A DNA stretch of 64,000 nt from Candidatus Krumholzibacteriia bacterium (GCA_041484665.1 JBGPIA010000019.1:17493-81492), one strand, 5' to 3'; counted from the first letter of the stretch, positions 51,452 to 60,293 are shown. Notes: generated from the sequence alone by a model not told the origin. Translations and numbers: made by a program.

Positions 51452-52203
51452 GCGAGTGCCTCTCGTACGTCGCGCACGCGCGCGAGGAATTCAGGGGCGC
51501 GTCGGAGGACGGCCGTGCGGGGGTGCGGAAACGGCACCGGGAGGGTCTGCCGAATGCTTCCTGGACGCGGCGACATCACGATAACGTCGTCGGCAAGGTA
51601 CACGGCTTCGGTCACGTTGTGAGTGACGAGGACGCACCCGAACCCGACGGCGGATCGCGTCTGAGCGAGAACGTCGTCGAGCGTCTCGCGAGTGAGGTCG
51701 TCGAGGGCGCCGAACGGTTCGTCGAGGAGGACGTACCGGGGTGCCACGCTCAGGGCGCGTGCCAGGGAGGCGCGCTGCCGCATCCCGCCGGACAACTCGT
51801 TCGGGTACCGGCTTTCGAATCCCGCCAGGCCGACGACGCGGAGGAGGTCGGACGCCGGGATACGCTGCGGCTGGCGCGCGAGCTTGGGCAACAGCTGCAC
51901 GTTCTGCAGGATTGTCAGCCAGGGCAGGAGGACCGGGTTCTGGAAGCCGTAGGTGAAGTGCTGGCGTCGGCGCGCCTCATCAGGTGGCAGTCCGTCGACA
52001 CGCACGCAGCCCCCGGTCGGCTGCTCGAGGCCTCCGATGAGCTTGAGAAGGGTGGTCTTCCCGCACCCGCTTGGCCCGACAACTGCCGTGACTCGGCCGG
52101 GGTGGACGCGGAGGGTGACGCCGTGCAGGGCCTGGACGTCGTGGCTGATGCCTCGGCTGAAGGTCTTGGATGCGTCCTGGACGTCAATGCCCTGGGGGTT
52201 CAT
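51448..52203 (-). CDS. NitT/TauT-family ABC transporter ATPase
   Basis: GPSGCGKT, LSGGMRQR, LLDEPFGALD, VTH. Confidence 0.95.
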   Translation of the reverse strand: MNPQGIDVQDASKTFSRGISHDVQALHGVTLRVHPGRVTAVVGPSGCGKTTLLKLIGGLEQPTGGCVRVDGLPPDEARRRQHFTYGFQNPVLLPWLTILQNVQLLPKLARQPQRIPASDLLRVVGLAGFESRYPNELSGGMRQRASLARALSVAPRYVLLDEPFGALDDLTRETLDDVLAQTRSAVGFGCVLVTHNVTEAVYLADDVIVMSPRPGSIRQTLPVPFPHPRTAVLRRAPEFLARVRDVREALA

Positions 52204-53251
52204 TGGCGCGCGCTTCGTCCAGGAATCGGGTCGTGTAGACGTCCGTGACGTTGAAGGGGGTGGTCAACACTCCCAGGTCCGCAAGTCGGCGGTACGTGTC
52301 CTCAAACATGGCGGCGTTCATGAACCCTGCTGGGTACTCCGCGGAGGCGCTCGTGACCGCGTTGTACTTGAGTTGTCGTGCGAGGTTGAGGGTGCGGTCG
52401 AGCTTGGGATCGCGCCTGAGCAGGGCGTCAGTTGCTGCTTCGGGGGATGCTACTGCGTCACGCACGCCTGCGAGGGAGGCGCGCAGGAATGCTGTGACGA
52501 GTGTGGGGTCGCGCTCGGCGAGCTGGTCGGTGGTGAAGATCGTATAGCCGTGCGTGATGATCCCGTAGTCCGCGGGACTGATGATGTTGACCGCGACGCC
52601 CTTGGCAGGCAGGTCAAGACCCGCGGTCACCGTAAACGCCCACTGAGCATCTAGCCGGCCAGAGAGGAACTGGCTGTAGTCGAACCCGACGTCCACTTCC
52701 TCCGGGTGCACGCCCACCTGCTTGAACAATGCTCGGAGCACGTCCGTGCTGATGTGTCCGTAGTAGAAACCGACCTGCTTCTTGTCGAGCTGCTCGACCC
52801 GCGTGATGCCGCTGGCCTTGAGCGTGAGCAAGCAGGAGAAATTGGAGTTCCGGTGGAGCACCGCCAGCGCCTTGACGGGTTGGCTCTTCGAGCGCGCGAC
52901 GATCAACGCGTCGGGTCCTCCGATAATCCCGAACGCGTCCGTACCGGCGACGACGGTCTTGATCGGGTTGAGCTCCTTCGACCCCATCTGCCAGGTGATC
53001 TTCAGACCCTCGCGCGCGTAGTATCCACGATCCTCCCCGAGGTAGAAGCTGGCCTGCCCGGACTCAACGATCGGGATAGGAAAACGGACGGAGACCTCTC
53101 GCAGCGCCGTTGCGGGGGATGCTCGACGGTCCCGGGGATGGTCGCTGGCGTCGTGGCCACACCCTGCCAGGAGAAAAGCGATCGCTATCAGGACGAGTCC
53201 CGGGCGGGGCAAGTGAATCCTAGTGGTTGGACGCGTGCTAGACATGGTCAC
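52184..53251 (-). CDS. NMT1/THI5-like ABC substrate-binding lipoprotein
   Basis: Lipobox LLAGC; RGYYAREGL; FLRASLAG; typical SsuA/THI5 layout. Confidence 0.85.
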   Translation of the reverse strand: MTMSSTRPTTRIHLPRPGLVLIAIAFLLAGCGHDASDHPRDRRASPATALREVSVRFPIPIVESGQASFYLGEDRGYYAREGLKITWQMGSKELNPIKTVVAGTDAFGIIGGPDALIVARSKSQPVKALAVLHRNSNFSCLLTLKASGITRVEQLDKKQVGFYYGHISTDVLRALFKQVGVHPEEVDVGFDYSQFLSGRLDAQWAFTVTAGLDLPAKGVAVNIISPADYGIITHGYTIFTTDQLAERDPTLVTAFLRASLAGVRDAVASPEAATDALLRRDPKLDRTLNLARQLKYNAVTSASAEYPAGFMNAAMFEDTYRRLADLGVLTTPFNVTDVYTTRFLDEARANEPPGH

Positions 53252-54138
53252 TTCTTCCGCATAGGCCTAAAGGAATCGATCGCTTGGAAGAACCGGGTGA
53301 GCACATTGAAAAGCGCCTCGCACTCCGCAGCTCCCAAGAAATGGAACGCCGCCTGTTCATCCCCATCCGGAGAAGTCCGGGTCGCGCGAAGACTTATGCT
53401 CGCCAACCGCGAGAAGCCAACGACTTCATGGTGATAAGCCACGAGCGTCCCAAGCGGAACGTAGTGCTGGAGCAGCTGCTTTTTGAGATCTGGGTTGAGT
53501 TGCTGCTGCAGGATCCACTCATTGGCAGGGAGACCGGCAGACTTGCAGGCGTTGAAACCCGCAAGATTGGAATCGTAGACGGAATCGTCGGGTCGGTCCA
53601 ACAAGCGGAGCCCATAGTGAATGATCCTGCCTGCGGACTTCGAACGACGCTGCGAAACCGCGGTGCCGATCGCGCGAAAGCGGTGGGTGACCCGCTGGAT
53701 CGCCCCCGGGTCGAGCAAGCACAAGAACCAGAGAATGGCATAGTTGGTTCCCGCGAGGAGATTGCTGGTCCACGTCTCCTCGACACTAGCGGAGTCGAGC
53801 ACAGGCAAGTGCTCCGGTCCGATGAAGCACACCTTCACCTTGTTCCGCGCGCTGCCCAAGGACTCGAGATAAGCCTGCTGCTGCCGGAGGTAGCCAGCAA
53901 GGGAGAGGATCCGAGACGGCCGAGGCACCACGGCGGCCGCTGCGGCCTCCGCCTCGACATCCTTCGGATCGAGATGGAGGACCTTCGCCAACGGGCCCCG
54001 GTGCTTCCTCGTAGGGATCTGAGTCCCGTTCTCCCACGCGCTGACGGTACCCTGCGCGACATTCAGCTGCTCCGCCAGCTCCTCTTGCGAAAGCCCTTGT
54101 TGCTCTCGGCTAGTCGTTAGAAGGAGCCTCAGCGACAT
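53248..54138 (-). CDS. XRE-family HTH regulator with large C-terminal domain
   Basis: REQQGLSQEELAEQLNVAQGTVSAWENGTQIP; GGAGG RBS; stop overlaps the SBP start (GTGA). Confidence 0.85.
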   Translation of the reverse strand: MSLRLLLTTSREQQGLSQEELAEQLNVAQGTVSAWENGTQIPTRKHRGPLAKVLHLDPKDVEAEAAAAAVVPRPSRILSLAGYLRQQQAYLESLGSARNKVKVCFIGPEHLPVLDSASVEETWTSNLLAGTNYAILWFLCLLDPGAIQRVTHRFRAIGTAVSQRRSKSAGRIIHYGLRLLDRPDDSVYDSNLAGFNACKSAGLPANEWILQQQLNPDLKKQLLQHYVPLGTLVAYHHEVVGFSRLASISLRATRTSPDGDEQAAFHFLGAAECEALFNVLTRFFQAIDSFRPMRKK

Positions 54139-54192
54139 CTGCAACCTCCCATCTCGGCCCGACCCCCGTCGGAACCCATTCTATCGCAACCC

Positions 54193-54260
54193 TTGCACAT
54201 TGCAATATCGTTCTTAGGATGTAGATATCTGGACAGATAACTGAGATTTCACAGATATAT
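54193..54260 (+). promoter_or_regulatory. Putative sigma70 promoter/operator in the AT-rich divergent region
   Basis: TTGCAC-N16-TAGGAT, followed by the palindrome AGATATCT and further AGATA copies. Confidence 0.45.
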
Positions 54261-54379
54261 TGAGTATTACTTTCTGGAAGATTCCAATGGACACGAGCGG
54301 CCGCGCGGGCGTAGTATCCCCGTGTCCCGGGCAGCTTGCGGAGCGAAAGGCTCTTAAAGGGAGCTCTGTTTCTGTCCGT

Positions 54380-54873
54380 ATGAAGTCCTCAGAACACAGA
54401 GCAGCGTGGGAGCGGCTCCTTGAGAGTTACTCCGCGCGCGGCCTCTCATGGACGGAGGCATCCGAACGGATTGGCCGCGCATTTGGGATATGTGGCCGGA
54501 CGGTGCGACGCCTTCTCGACTCCGCGCAGACGGACGGCTTCGTGGCCGTGCGGCGCAGCGAGATCGAGAGTGTGCGCAACAGCGCCAACGCTATAGGAGA
54601 CCAGATGTCAGGGCGCAAGAGCTGGCGCGTCAGGCAGCACGCTACGACCTCTTGAGCCATCTCGACATATACATCGAGGATCTTGTCGAGGAAGGAGAGG
54701 TGATCGAGCCAGATGACTTGCTGGAGCGCCTGAAGCAACGGACGGGAGTGCGAATTCTGCCCTCGACACTCAGCGCCCGCTTGCGCGCGTATGTGACGAG
54801 GTACGGCGCGGCGCCCCTGGAGAGTTCGGGCGTTGGCTACGTTCGGAACCCGAGGTACAGGCGCGACAACTGA
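54380..54873 (+). pseudogene. Small HTH gene, apparently split by a frameshift near 54530-54560
   Basis: Frame 1: MKSSEH...ERIGRAFGICGRTVRRLL. Frame 2: QRQRYRRPDVRAQELARQAARYDLLSHLD...YVRNPRY. Confidence 0.4.
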
Positions 54874-55121
54874 GCTGCTCGTCCCGGGACACGTAGAAGG
54901 AACGCTCGGCGACGAGTTGCTTAGCCCGGTCGAGATGAAATGAATAGGCCGTCGGCGAGCTTTTCGAGGGTTCAACCGACGGCCCAGGTGTCACGCGAGG
55001 AAGCAAGCCCCGCGGACCCCTCAAGGGTCGCACGAACAGCGCAACCCAGCAAGGGGTCGAATGCAGTGGCGTGCTTCCGCGCGCAAAGCGCACCCCGCAG
55101 CGCGGGGAGAAGGAGCACGCC

Positions 55122-56201
55122 ATGTCCACCGACGCACTACCGGGCGAGCGGCCGCGGCCGCTCGGCATCCACTTCGATCCTCAGACTGACGCGGCGCTGC
55201 GGCGCTTCGAACGCACGAGCCTCGCGCGCTCCACGGCCGCCGCGCAGAAGAATCACACGGCGATCATCACAATCGCCGCAACCAGCACGCATCTCGCAAC
55301 CACGCTCCCACTGGTGTGGCTCACGGTCCCCCTCGCATGGCTGCTCATCGCACGCCACCAACGCGCGCTCGAAAACCTGACCCACGAGGCCGTCCATAGC
55401 AACTGGCACCGCGGGCGCGGCCGCCGGGGGATGCGCGTGAACGACCTGCTCGCAAACGTGCTCGCCGCCTATCCAACATTCTCAAGCGTCGCCGGGATGC
55501 GGGCGGGGCACCTCCTGCACCACTACTGGTTCGGCACCACCCGCGACCCCGACCTGCAACGCTACAACGCCCTCGGCATTGAGCGGCTCGACCGCGCGAA
55601 TCCCTTGGCCTTCATCCGCGCAACGGCGCGACGCATTGTGCCCTACGCGCTGAGCTGGATCCGCGCGATCGGGACGAACCCCAAGATCCTCATGGCGTCG
55701 GTCGCGTGGCATGCCCTCGCCCTGGTCATCCCGCTCGCCTTCATCGTGGGATTGCGCAGTGCTGTTGGGCTCTGGGCGTGCTACTGGCTGCTCCCCTTCG
55801 TGCTGGTGCTGCCGTGGCTGCGCTTTGCCGCGGAGTCCGCAAAGCACCAGTATGAGAAAACGTCGACCGTCTTCGATGCCACGATCAGCAATCTGGGGCG
55901 ACTGCACCGGTGGTACTTCCATCCAGAAGGGGACGGGTACCACGTCCTGCACCACGTGCGCCCGCGGATCCCGCACCACCAGCTCCGGCGCGCACACGCC
56001 TTCCTGAGCGCAAACGACGCGGCGTACGCGGGGCGCGCGCGGCAGCGCACGCGCGTATTCCAAAGCCCCGGCCGAGTCGCGCGCGCTGATCGTGCAGGAC
56101 AGGAGATGGGGGTGCGAGCTGTCGTGCCGGGCGCTTGGGAGCCTAAGACGGATGCCTCCGCGGCGCAGCCCGCCTCCGTTGGCTCGAAAGGAGAATCATG
56201 A
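55122..56201 (+). CDS. Membrane di-iron desaturase/hydroxylase (FA_desaturase family)
   Basis: His boxes QRALENLTHEAVH, HLLHH...DPD, YHVLHH.RP.IP. AAGGAG RBS. Confidence 0.9.
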   Translation: MSTDALPGERPRPLGIHFDPQTDAALRRFERTSLARSTAAAQKNHTAIITIAATSTHLATTLPLVWLTVPLAWLLIARHQRALENLTHEAVHSNWHRGRGRRGMRVNDLLANVLAAYPTFSSVAGMRAGHLLHHYWFGTTRDPDLQRYNALGIERLDRANPLAFIRATARRIVPYALSWIRAIGTNPKILMASVAWHALALVIPLAFIVGLRSAVGLWACYWLLPFVLVLPWLRFAAESAKHQYEKTSTVFDATISNLGRLHRWYFHPEGDGYHVLHHVRPRIPHHQLRRAHAFLSANDAAYAGRARQRTRVFQSPGRVARADRAGQEMGVRAVVPGAWEPKTDASAAQPASVGSKGES

Positions 56202-56950
56202 GCGTGGTGACGATGCGTATCGCCGCCGACGTCGGCGTTCGGTACCCGGACCTCCTCGTTGGGGGCTTCTGCGCGACGAACCTGGCCGGTGTCGACGTGG
56301 CGCTGCTGCGGGCACGCACACGCTTCACCGAAGCGCGCGCAGCGCTCCAGGCCAGGTACGCGACAACTGATGCGCTGGTCGCTGACGAACGGATCCGGGC
56401 ATGGCGGGACGCGATTCGCTCGTGCGGGCTGAAGCCGTCCGAGTACCGCAGCAGCGTCGAGCAACTCTGCAGACGATTGATCGCTGGCCGTCTCGCCGAA
56501 GGACAATTGCCGCTGGTCGATGCGTACTGCTACGCCTCCGCCGTGCACCGCGCGCCGCTGGGCGCGTACGACACCGCCCGGCTGCCCGGACCCATGATCG
56601 AGCTCCGGTACTGCCAGCCGGCAACCGACCGCTTCGTCCCCCTCGGCGGATCAGCATCCCCGATGCCACTTCAGCCGAGCGTGGTCGTCTACGCGTGCAC
56701 CCACCGCGTCCTGTGCTACGCGTTTAACCACCGGGACTCCGCAGAGACCTGCCTCACTCCACGCACGAACGACGCGGTCTTCATCGCAGAAGCCATAACT
56801 CCCGCGCAGCACGCAGGAGCCCGGAACGCGCTCATCGAGCTCGCTGCACTCTTTAGGGGGGCTGGCGCGCTCGTGGAGGAACCAGCGTTCGCGACCCCCG
56901 CCGATCCCACGCTTCGACTTGTCACGCGCACCGGCGGACCACCCGCCTGA
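56198..56950 (+). CDS. Stand-alone B3/B4 (PheRS editing-like) domain protein
   Basis: WRDA...GLKPSEYRSSVEQLCRR, PLVDAY, PLGAYD, VVVY...FNHRDS...T, VFIAE. ATGA overlap with the desaturase. Confidence 0.88.
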   Translation: MSVVTMRIAADVGVRYPDLLVGGFCATNLAGVDVALLRARTRFTEARAALQARYATTDALVADERIRAWRDAIRSCGLKPSEYRSSVEQLCRRLIAGRLAEGQLPLVDAYCYASAVHRAPLGAYDTARLPGPMIELRYCQPATDRFVPLGGSASPMPLQPSVVVYACTHRVLCYAFNHRDSAETCLTPRTNDAVFIAEAITPAQHAGARNALIELAALFRGAGALVEEPAFATPADPTLRLVTRTGGPPA

Positions 56951-57010
56951 GAAAGACACGCCGAGACCGACGGCGAATGCACGCCCGAACCACCTAGGGA
57001 GGTCCCCGAG

Positions 57011-57658
57011 ATGAGAACTACAAGTGAATGCGCAGGGTTGGTAGCGATCTTCGGCCCACCGCTCAGCAAAGTGGCAGTGGATGAGCGCGGCTTCGCCTTC
57101 GCCGAGCTTGCCAATCCCCTCAACTCCGACCAGCCCTTCGCGCTCTTCGTCGAGCCCGTCTGGGCCGATCAGCACGGTAGGAGGGACGCACGAGGACCTG
57201 GTGTTCTTCGCGTGCACGTGCCCTGCCTGACGCCATTGCGCGGGCAGCACCTCGAGAGAGTCCTGCTCGTGATCAACGGATTGGTCCTGCTTGGCAGCAC
57301 GGGATTGGACCGAGACGGAGACCCATTCTTCCAAGTCCACCACGCCTGCGTGGAGGGACCAGACCCTACACCCGCCGTATTCGACCGACTCCTCAAGGCC
57401 ACAATCACGGAGGTGCACAATATCACACGGTTTCTCCTGCGCGCACGAATGCTGGCCGCTGGCGTGTCTCGCGACCGCGTCGACGCCACCCGCAAAGACC
57501 TCGAGCACGTGGCGAGCACGACTGCGCCAGCAGCGGCAACGGGTGCGATCACCGACGCAGAGACCGCGGAGTTCCGGGCGAGGCTAGACCAGGGCCGCGT
57601 CACCCCGCGTGACCTCCTACCCAAACAACGCAAGCACACGAAGGAAGACCACGATTGA
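57011..57658 (+). CDS. Hypothetical protein, possible YbjN/T3SS-chaperone-like fold
   Basis: GGAGG RBS; LLVINGLVLLGSTGLDRDGDPFFQVHH resembles the YbjN-like helix-hairpin. Confidence 0.5.
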   Translation: MRTTSECAGLVAIFGPPLSKVAVDERGFAFAELANPLNSDQPFALFVEPVWADQHGRRDARGPGVLRVHVPCLTPLRGQHLERVLLVINGLVLLGSTGLDRDGDPFFQVHHACVEGPDPTPAVFDRLLKATITEVHNITRFLLRARMLAAGVSRDRVDATRKDLEHVASTTAPAAATGAITDAETAEFRARLDQGRVTPRDLLPKQRKHTKEDHD

Positions 57659-57789
57659 AGCAAACCCACGGCCGGCACACGAGTTCCGCACAGCACGGCA
57701 CGAGGAAGGTGGAACGGTCGAGGAGAAAGGCGCCCCGCAATCACGCGGGCCGCCAGGACGAAGACCAAACAGCAGAAGGAAAAAGCGCG

Positions 57790-58425
57790 ATGAGTACCAC
57801 CGCCCAGGCCACGAGCACGGACAAGACCGTGTACGTAGTGGCGAATCAGAACACGTACCCCGTCACCCTGAATCCCGGCATGACGACCAGGGACGTCCTC
57901 GCACGCCTCGGCCTGCCCGCCGGGTTCTGGCTGTCGGGCAACGACGGCGCACGCTTCGGCGACGACGAAGACCTCTACCCCGCCGTGCACGACGGGGAGA
58001 AACTCCAAGCAAGCCCCGAAGCAGGAGTCGCACACGACACCGCCCCGGGGGCGGGCCTCGTCGGCCTGCTCCGCGGCCTCCTCACGAACCCGTCCCCCAC
58101 TGCCCGCACGGGTGGTGGGGGGCGCATCCTGCCCGAGCGGCGACCCTACTGGCAGGAACGACGCTGGCGCCAGCACGGCGCGGACCTACACGGGTACTAC
58201 CGCACACGCCACGGCGCGTACGCCGGCCGGATCGAAGACGCCTTCTCCCCGCTGCCCCGCTTCTACATCACCCGCGCACCCACGGCCCTGCTCACTGGCC
58301 CGCACCGGTACTGCTTCCGCAGCGTGCGCAAGGACGAGTACGCCGTGCACTTCCACCCCACACCCGTGGACGTGAACACGGGCATCCGCACCGTCGAGCA
58401 CGCTCTCGTGGAGGTCCTGCAATGA
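57790..58425 (+). CDS. Ubiquitin-like (beta-grasp) domain fused to a minimal E2-like domain
   Basis: Residues ~12-81: VYVV...PVTLNPGMTTRDVLARLGL...FWLS...DLYPAVHDGEKLQAS. Gly-rich linker. C-terminal domain has GPHRYCF, containing the only Cys (C175, codon 58312). Confidence 0.7.
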   Translation: MSTTAQATSTDKTVYVVANQNTYPVTLNPGMTTRDVLARLGLPAGFWLSGNDGARFGDDEDLYPAVHDGEKLQASPEAGVAHDTAPGAGLVGLLRGLLTNPSPTARTGGGGRILPERRPYWQERRWRQHGADLHGYYRTRHGAYAGRIEDAFSPLPRFYITRAPTALLTGPHRYCFRSVRKDEYAVHFHPTPVDVNTGIRTVEHALVEVLQ

Positions 58426-59111
58426 CACCCGACCACCAACTACTCGTCGCTGGGGACGAACTCGTGGCGCGCCTTGCGGGCGTCCGGCACGACGTGGAAG
58501 CCGACCAGCACGCACTCGCAACCATCCTCCACCACGCCATTATCAGTCCCACGGGGGGGGACGTGGAGGAGCTCGCGCGACGACTCCACCTCACCGCACG
58601 CACGCTCAGTGTTCTCACCGCACTCACCCCGCAGACGACAGCGGGAGTCGTGGAGTACTGGCTCTCCACGAGACTCCTGCGCGAGTCCTGCGCGGCATGC
58701 ACAGGAGACGACGCGGAAAGCCTGCACCTCCTCACCGGATTCCGCGTCGGGAACACCGCCGTGCCCCTCGCCGTGGAAGTACCCACGCTGGCCTCGCGGG
58801 GCCGCGCGCACGCCAAGGCCACGCACGAGAGCACCCACCACGCCACCATCCGCGCCGTCCTGGACGGGCACTGCGTCCTTGGCATCCTGCACAACCACCC
58901 CGGGAAGGGCGCAGCCGCGACGCACCCCTCCCACGAAGACCTCCACACCCAACGCTTGTGGGAGCACACCGGCTTCGTACTCGGCGGCATCTGGACCAGG
59001 GACGGGTACGTCCGCTTCTTTACGGCCAAACAAGACTACGCGATACGCATCGCTGGGGAGGGGGTGGACCATGTGGAAGGAAGCCTCTACCACCTCACCA
59101 ACGCGGCGTGA
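58422..59111 (+). CDS. JAB/MPN metalloprotease (deubiquitinase-like) with N-terminal helical extension
   Basis: AESLHLLTG ... ILHNHPGKGAAATHPSHED (JAMM-like), GGIWTRDGYVRFF. ATGA overlap with Ubl-E2. Confidence 0.85.
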   Translation: MTPDHQLLVAGDELVARLAGVRHDVEADQHALATILHHAIISPTGGDVEELARRLHLTARTLSVLTALTPQTTAGVVEYWLSTRLLRESCAACTGDDAESLHLLTGFRVGNTAVPLAVEVPTLASRGRAHAKATHESTHHATIRAVLDGHCVLGILHNHPGKGAAATHPSHEDLHTQRLWEHTGFVLGGIWTRDGYVRFFTAKQDYAIRIAGEGVDHVEGSLYHLTNAA

Positions 59112-60027
59112 CCGGCAGAACACAGCTCGCCGGGCGCTCCGCGGCGTGCGGGACGCGTGGAACGCGTGTCGCACGCGCGTGTCCCGGTGGGGTGCGTTCC
59201 GCGCGCGACTACGCGGCCGGAAGGTTCCCGTGCGGGAGTACCGGTGCCCAGTCCTACGCGGCGTGCTCCGCGTATCCGACCGGCAGGAACGACTCGAACG
59301 CTGGGACCAGGGCCAACTCGCCCGCGCAACCGTCGTCGTCGCCGGCGGGGGCGGCGTCGGCGGGGAAGTCGCCGAAGGCCTCGCCCGCAAAGGAGTCGGA
59401 CGGGTGATCGTGGCTGACCCGGACACGGTGGCAGCCACGGACTTGAACCGGCAGAAGTTCACGCGCCACGACCTGTACCGGCCAAAGGCGGAAGCGCTCG
59501 CAAGGCTGCTCAGCCGGCAAGCCTGCCTCGGCTCAGTGCTGGTTCCCCACGTCGGGTTGGTGCAGGACCTCGACCTCGCCGCACTACAACCGGATGCCCT
59601 CGTGTGCTGCGTCGACCAGAAAAAACCCGGCACACGCGGCTGGCTCGCACGCACCTGCCGGGAGCTCCAGATCCCCGTGGTGTTTGCCGCGGTGAGCACG
59701 GACGCGGACTGGGGATACACCTTCATACAAGAAAGCACCTCAGGAACGGCGTGCTGGAACTGCGCATTCAAGACCGAATACGACCAGCACACCATCCCGG
59801 AGCCGACAGCCCACTGCCCCGGCACGCCTGCTGCGATCGACATCCTCAAACTCACCGCGGCCTGGGCACTCTACGGCGTGGACTCACTCATCATGAAGAG
59901 GCCGCGGGACTGGAACTACCGCAGCGCGAGCCTCAGCCAACGCGAATTCGGCAGCACCATCCTCGTCGCGCAACGGGCGGGGTGCGTGGCGTGCAACACG
60001 CACACCGACTCGCGTGATAGCGAGTGA
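59071..60027 (+). CDS. ThiF/MoeB-family E1-like adenylating enzyme (start uncertain: 59071, 59146 or 59230)
   Basis: DRQ, VVVAGGGGVGG, DPDTVAATDLNRQ, KA, CCVD, CWNC, HCPG (catalytic-Cys position), CVAC. Confidence 0.9.
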   Translation: MWKEASTTSPTRRDRQNTARRALRGVRDAWNACRTRVSRWGAFRARLRGRKVPVREYRCPVLRGVLRVSDRQERLERWDQGQLARATVVVAGGGGVGGEVAEGLARKGVGRVIVADPDTVAATDLNRQKFTRHDLYRPKAEALARLLSRQACLGSVLVPHVGLVQDLDLAALQPDALVCCVDQKKPGTRGWLARTCRELQIPVVFAAVSTDADWGYTFIQESTSGTACWNCAFKTEYDQHTIPEPTAHCPGTPAAIDILKLTAAWALYGVDSLIMKRPRDWNYRSASLSQREFGSTILVAQRAGCVACNTHTDSRDSE

Positions 60028-60270
60028 GTGGTCGTGCCGCTCCTCAACCGCACATCACCACCGCCCGACCCGGTGAATACGTGGCCGGCGCCGCGACCCG
60101 CACCACGGCCCGCAGGGTGCCTGGCAGCATTGAGCGGCGTGCAGGCGTTCCTGCGCCTCGCCACCGGCGTGTTCCTGTTGGGCATGGCGCTCATCAGCGC
60201 AAGCGTGCTGCTCTACCTCGTCGCACGCCTCGCGTGGAAGCTCAAACTCTGGATCGACGGCATCCCCTAA
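60028..60270 (+). CDS. Small single-TM protein
   Basis: Abuts the E1 stop; Pro-rich N-terminus, then GVFLLGMALISASVLLYLVARLAW. Confidence 0.55.
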   Translation: MVVPLLNRTSPPPDPVNTWPAPRPAPRPAGCLAALSGVQAFLRLATGVFLLGMALISASVLLYLVARLAWKLKLWIDGIP

Positions 60271-60293
60271 CGATCGGGAAGGGGGGTGGTGTC

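Noticed and set aside
57609..58421. Long N-terminal extensions of the JAB (500 aa) and E1 (517 aa) ORFs in the ORF track
   Set aside because: They are Arg/Pro-rich alternative-frame read-through over the upstream genes. The real starts are downstream, so these are not true fusions.
59071..60027. ThiF as a thiamine or molybdopterin biosynthesis gene, given the THI5-like transporter nearby
   Set aside because: No thiG, thiS-GG, moaE or rhodanese is seen, the gene is coupled to JAB and a Cys-bearing E2-like fusion, and the transporter is in a separate divergent operon. Not fully excluded.
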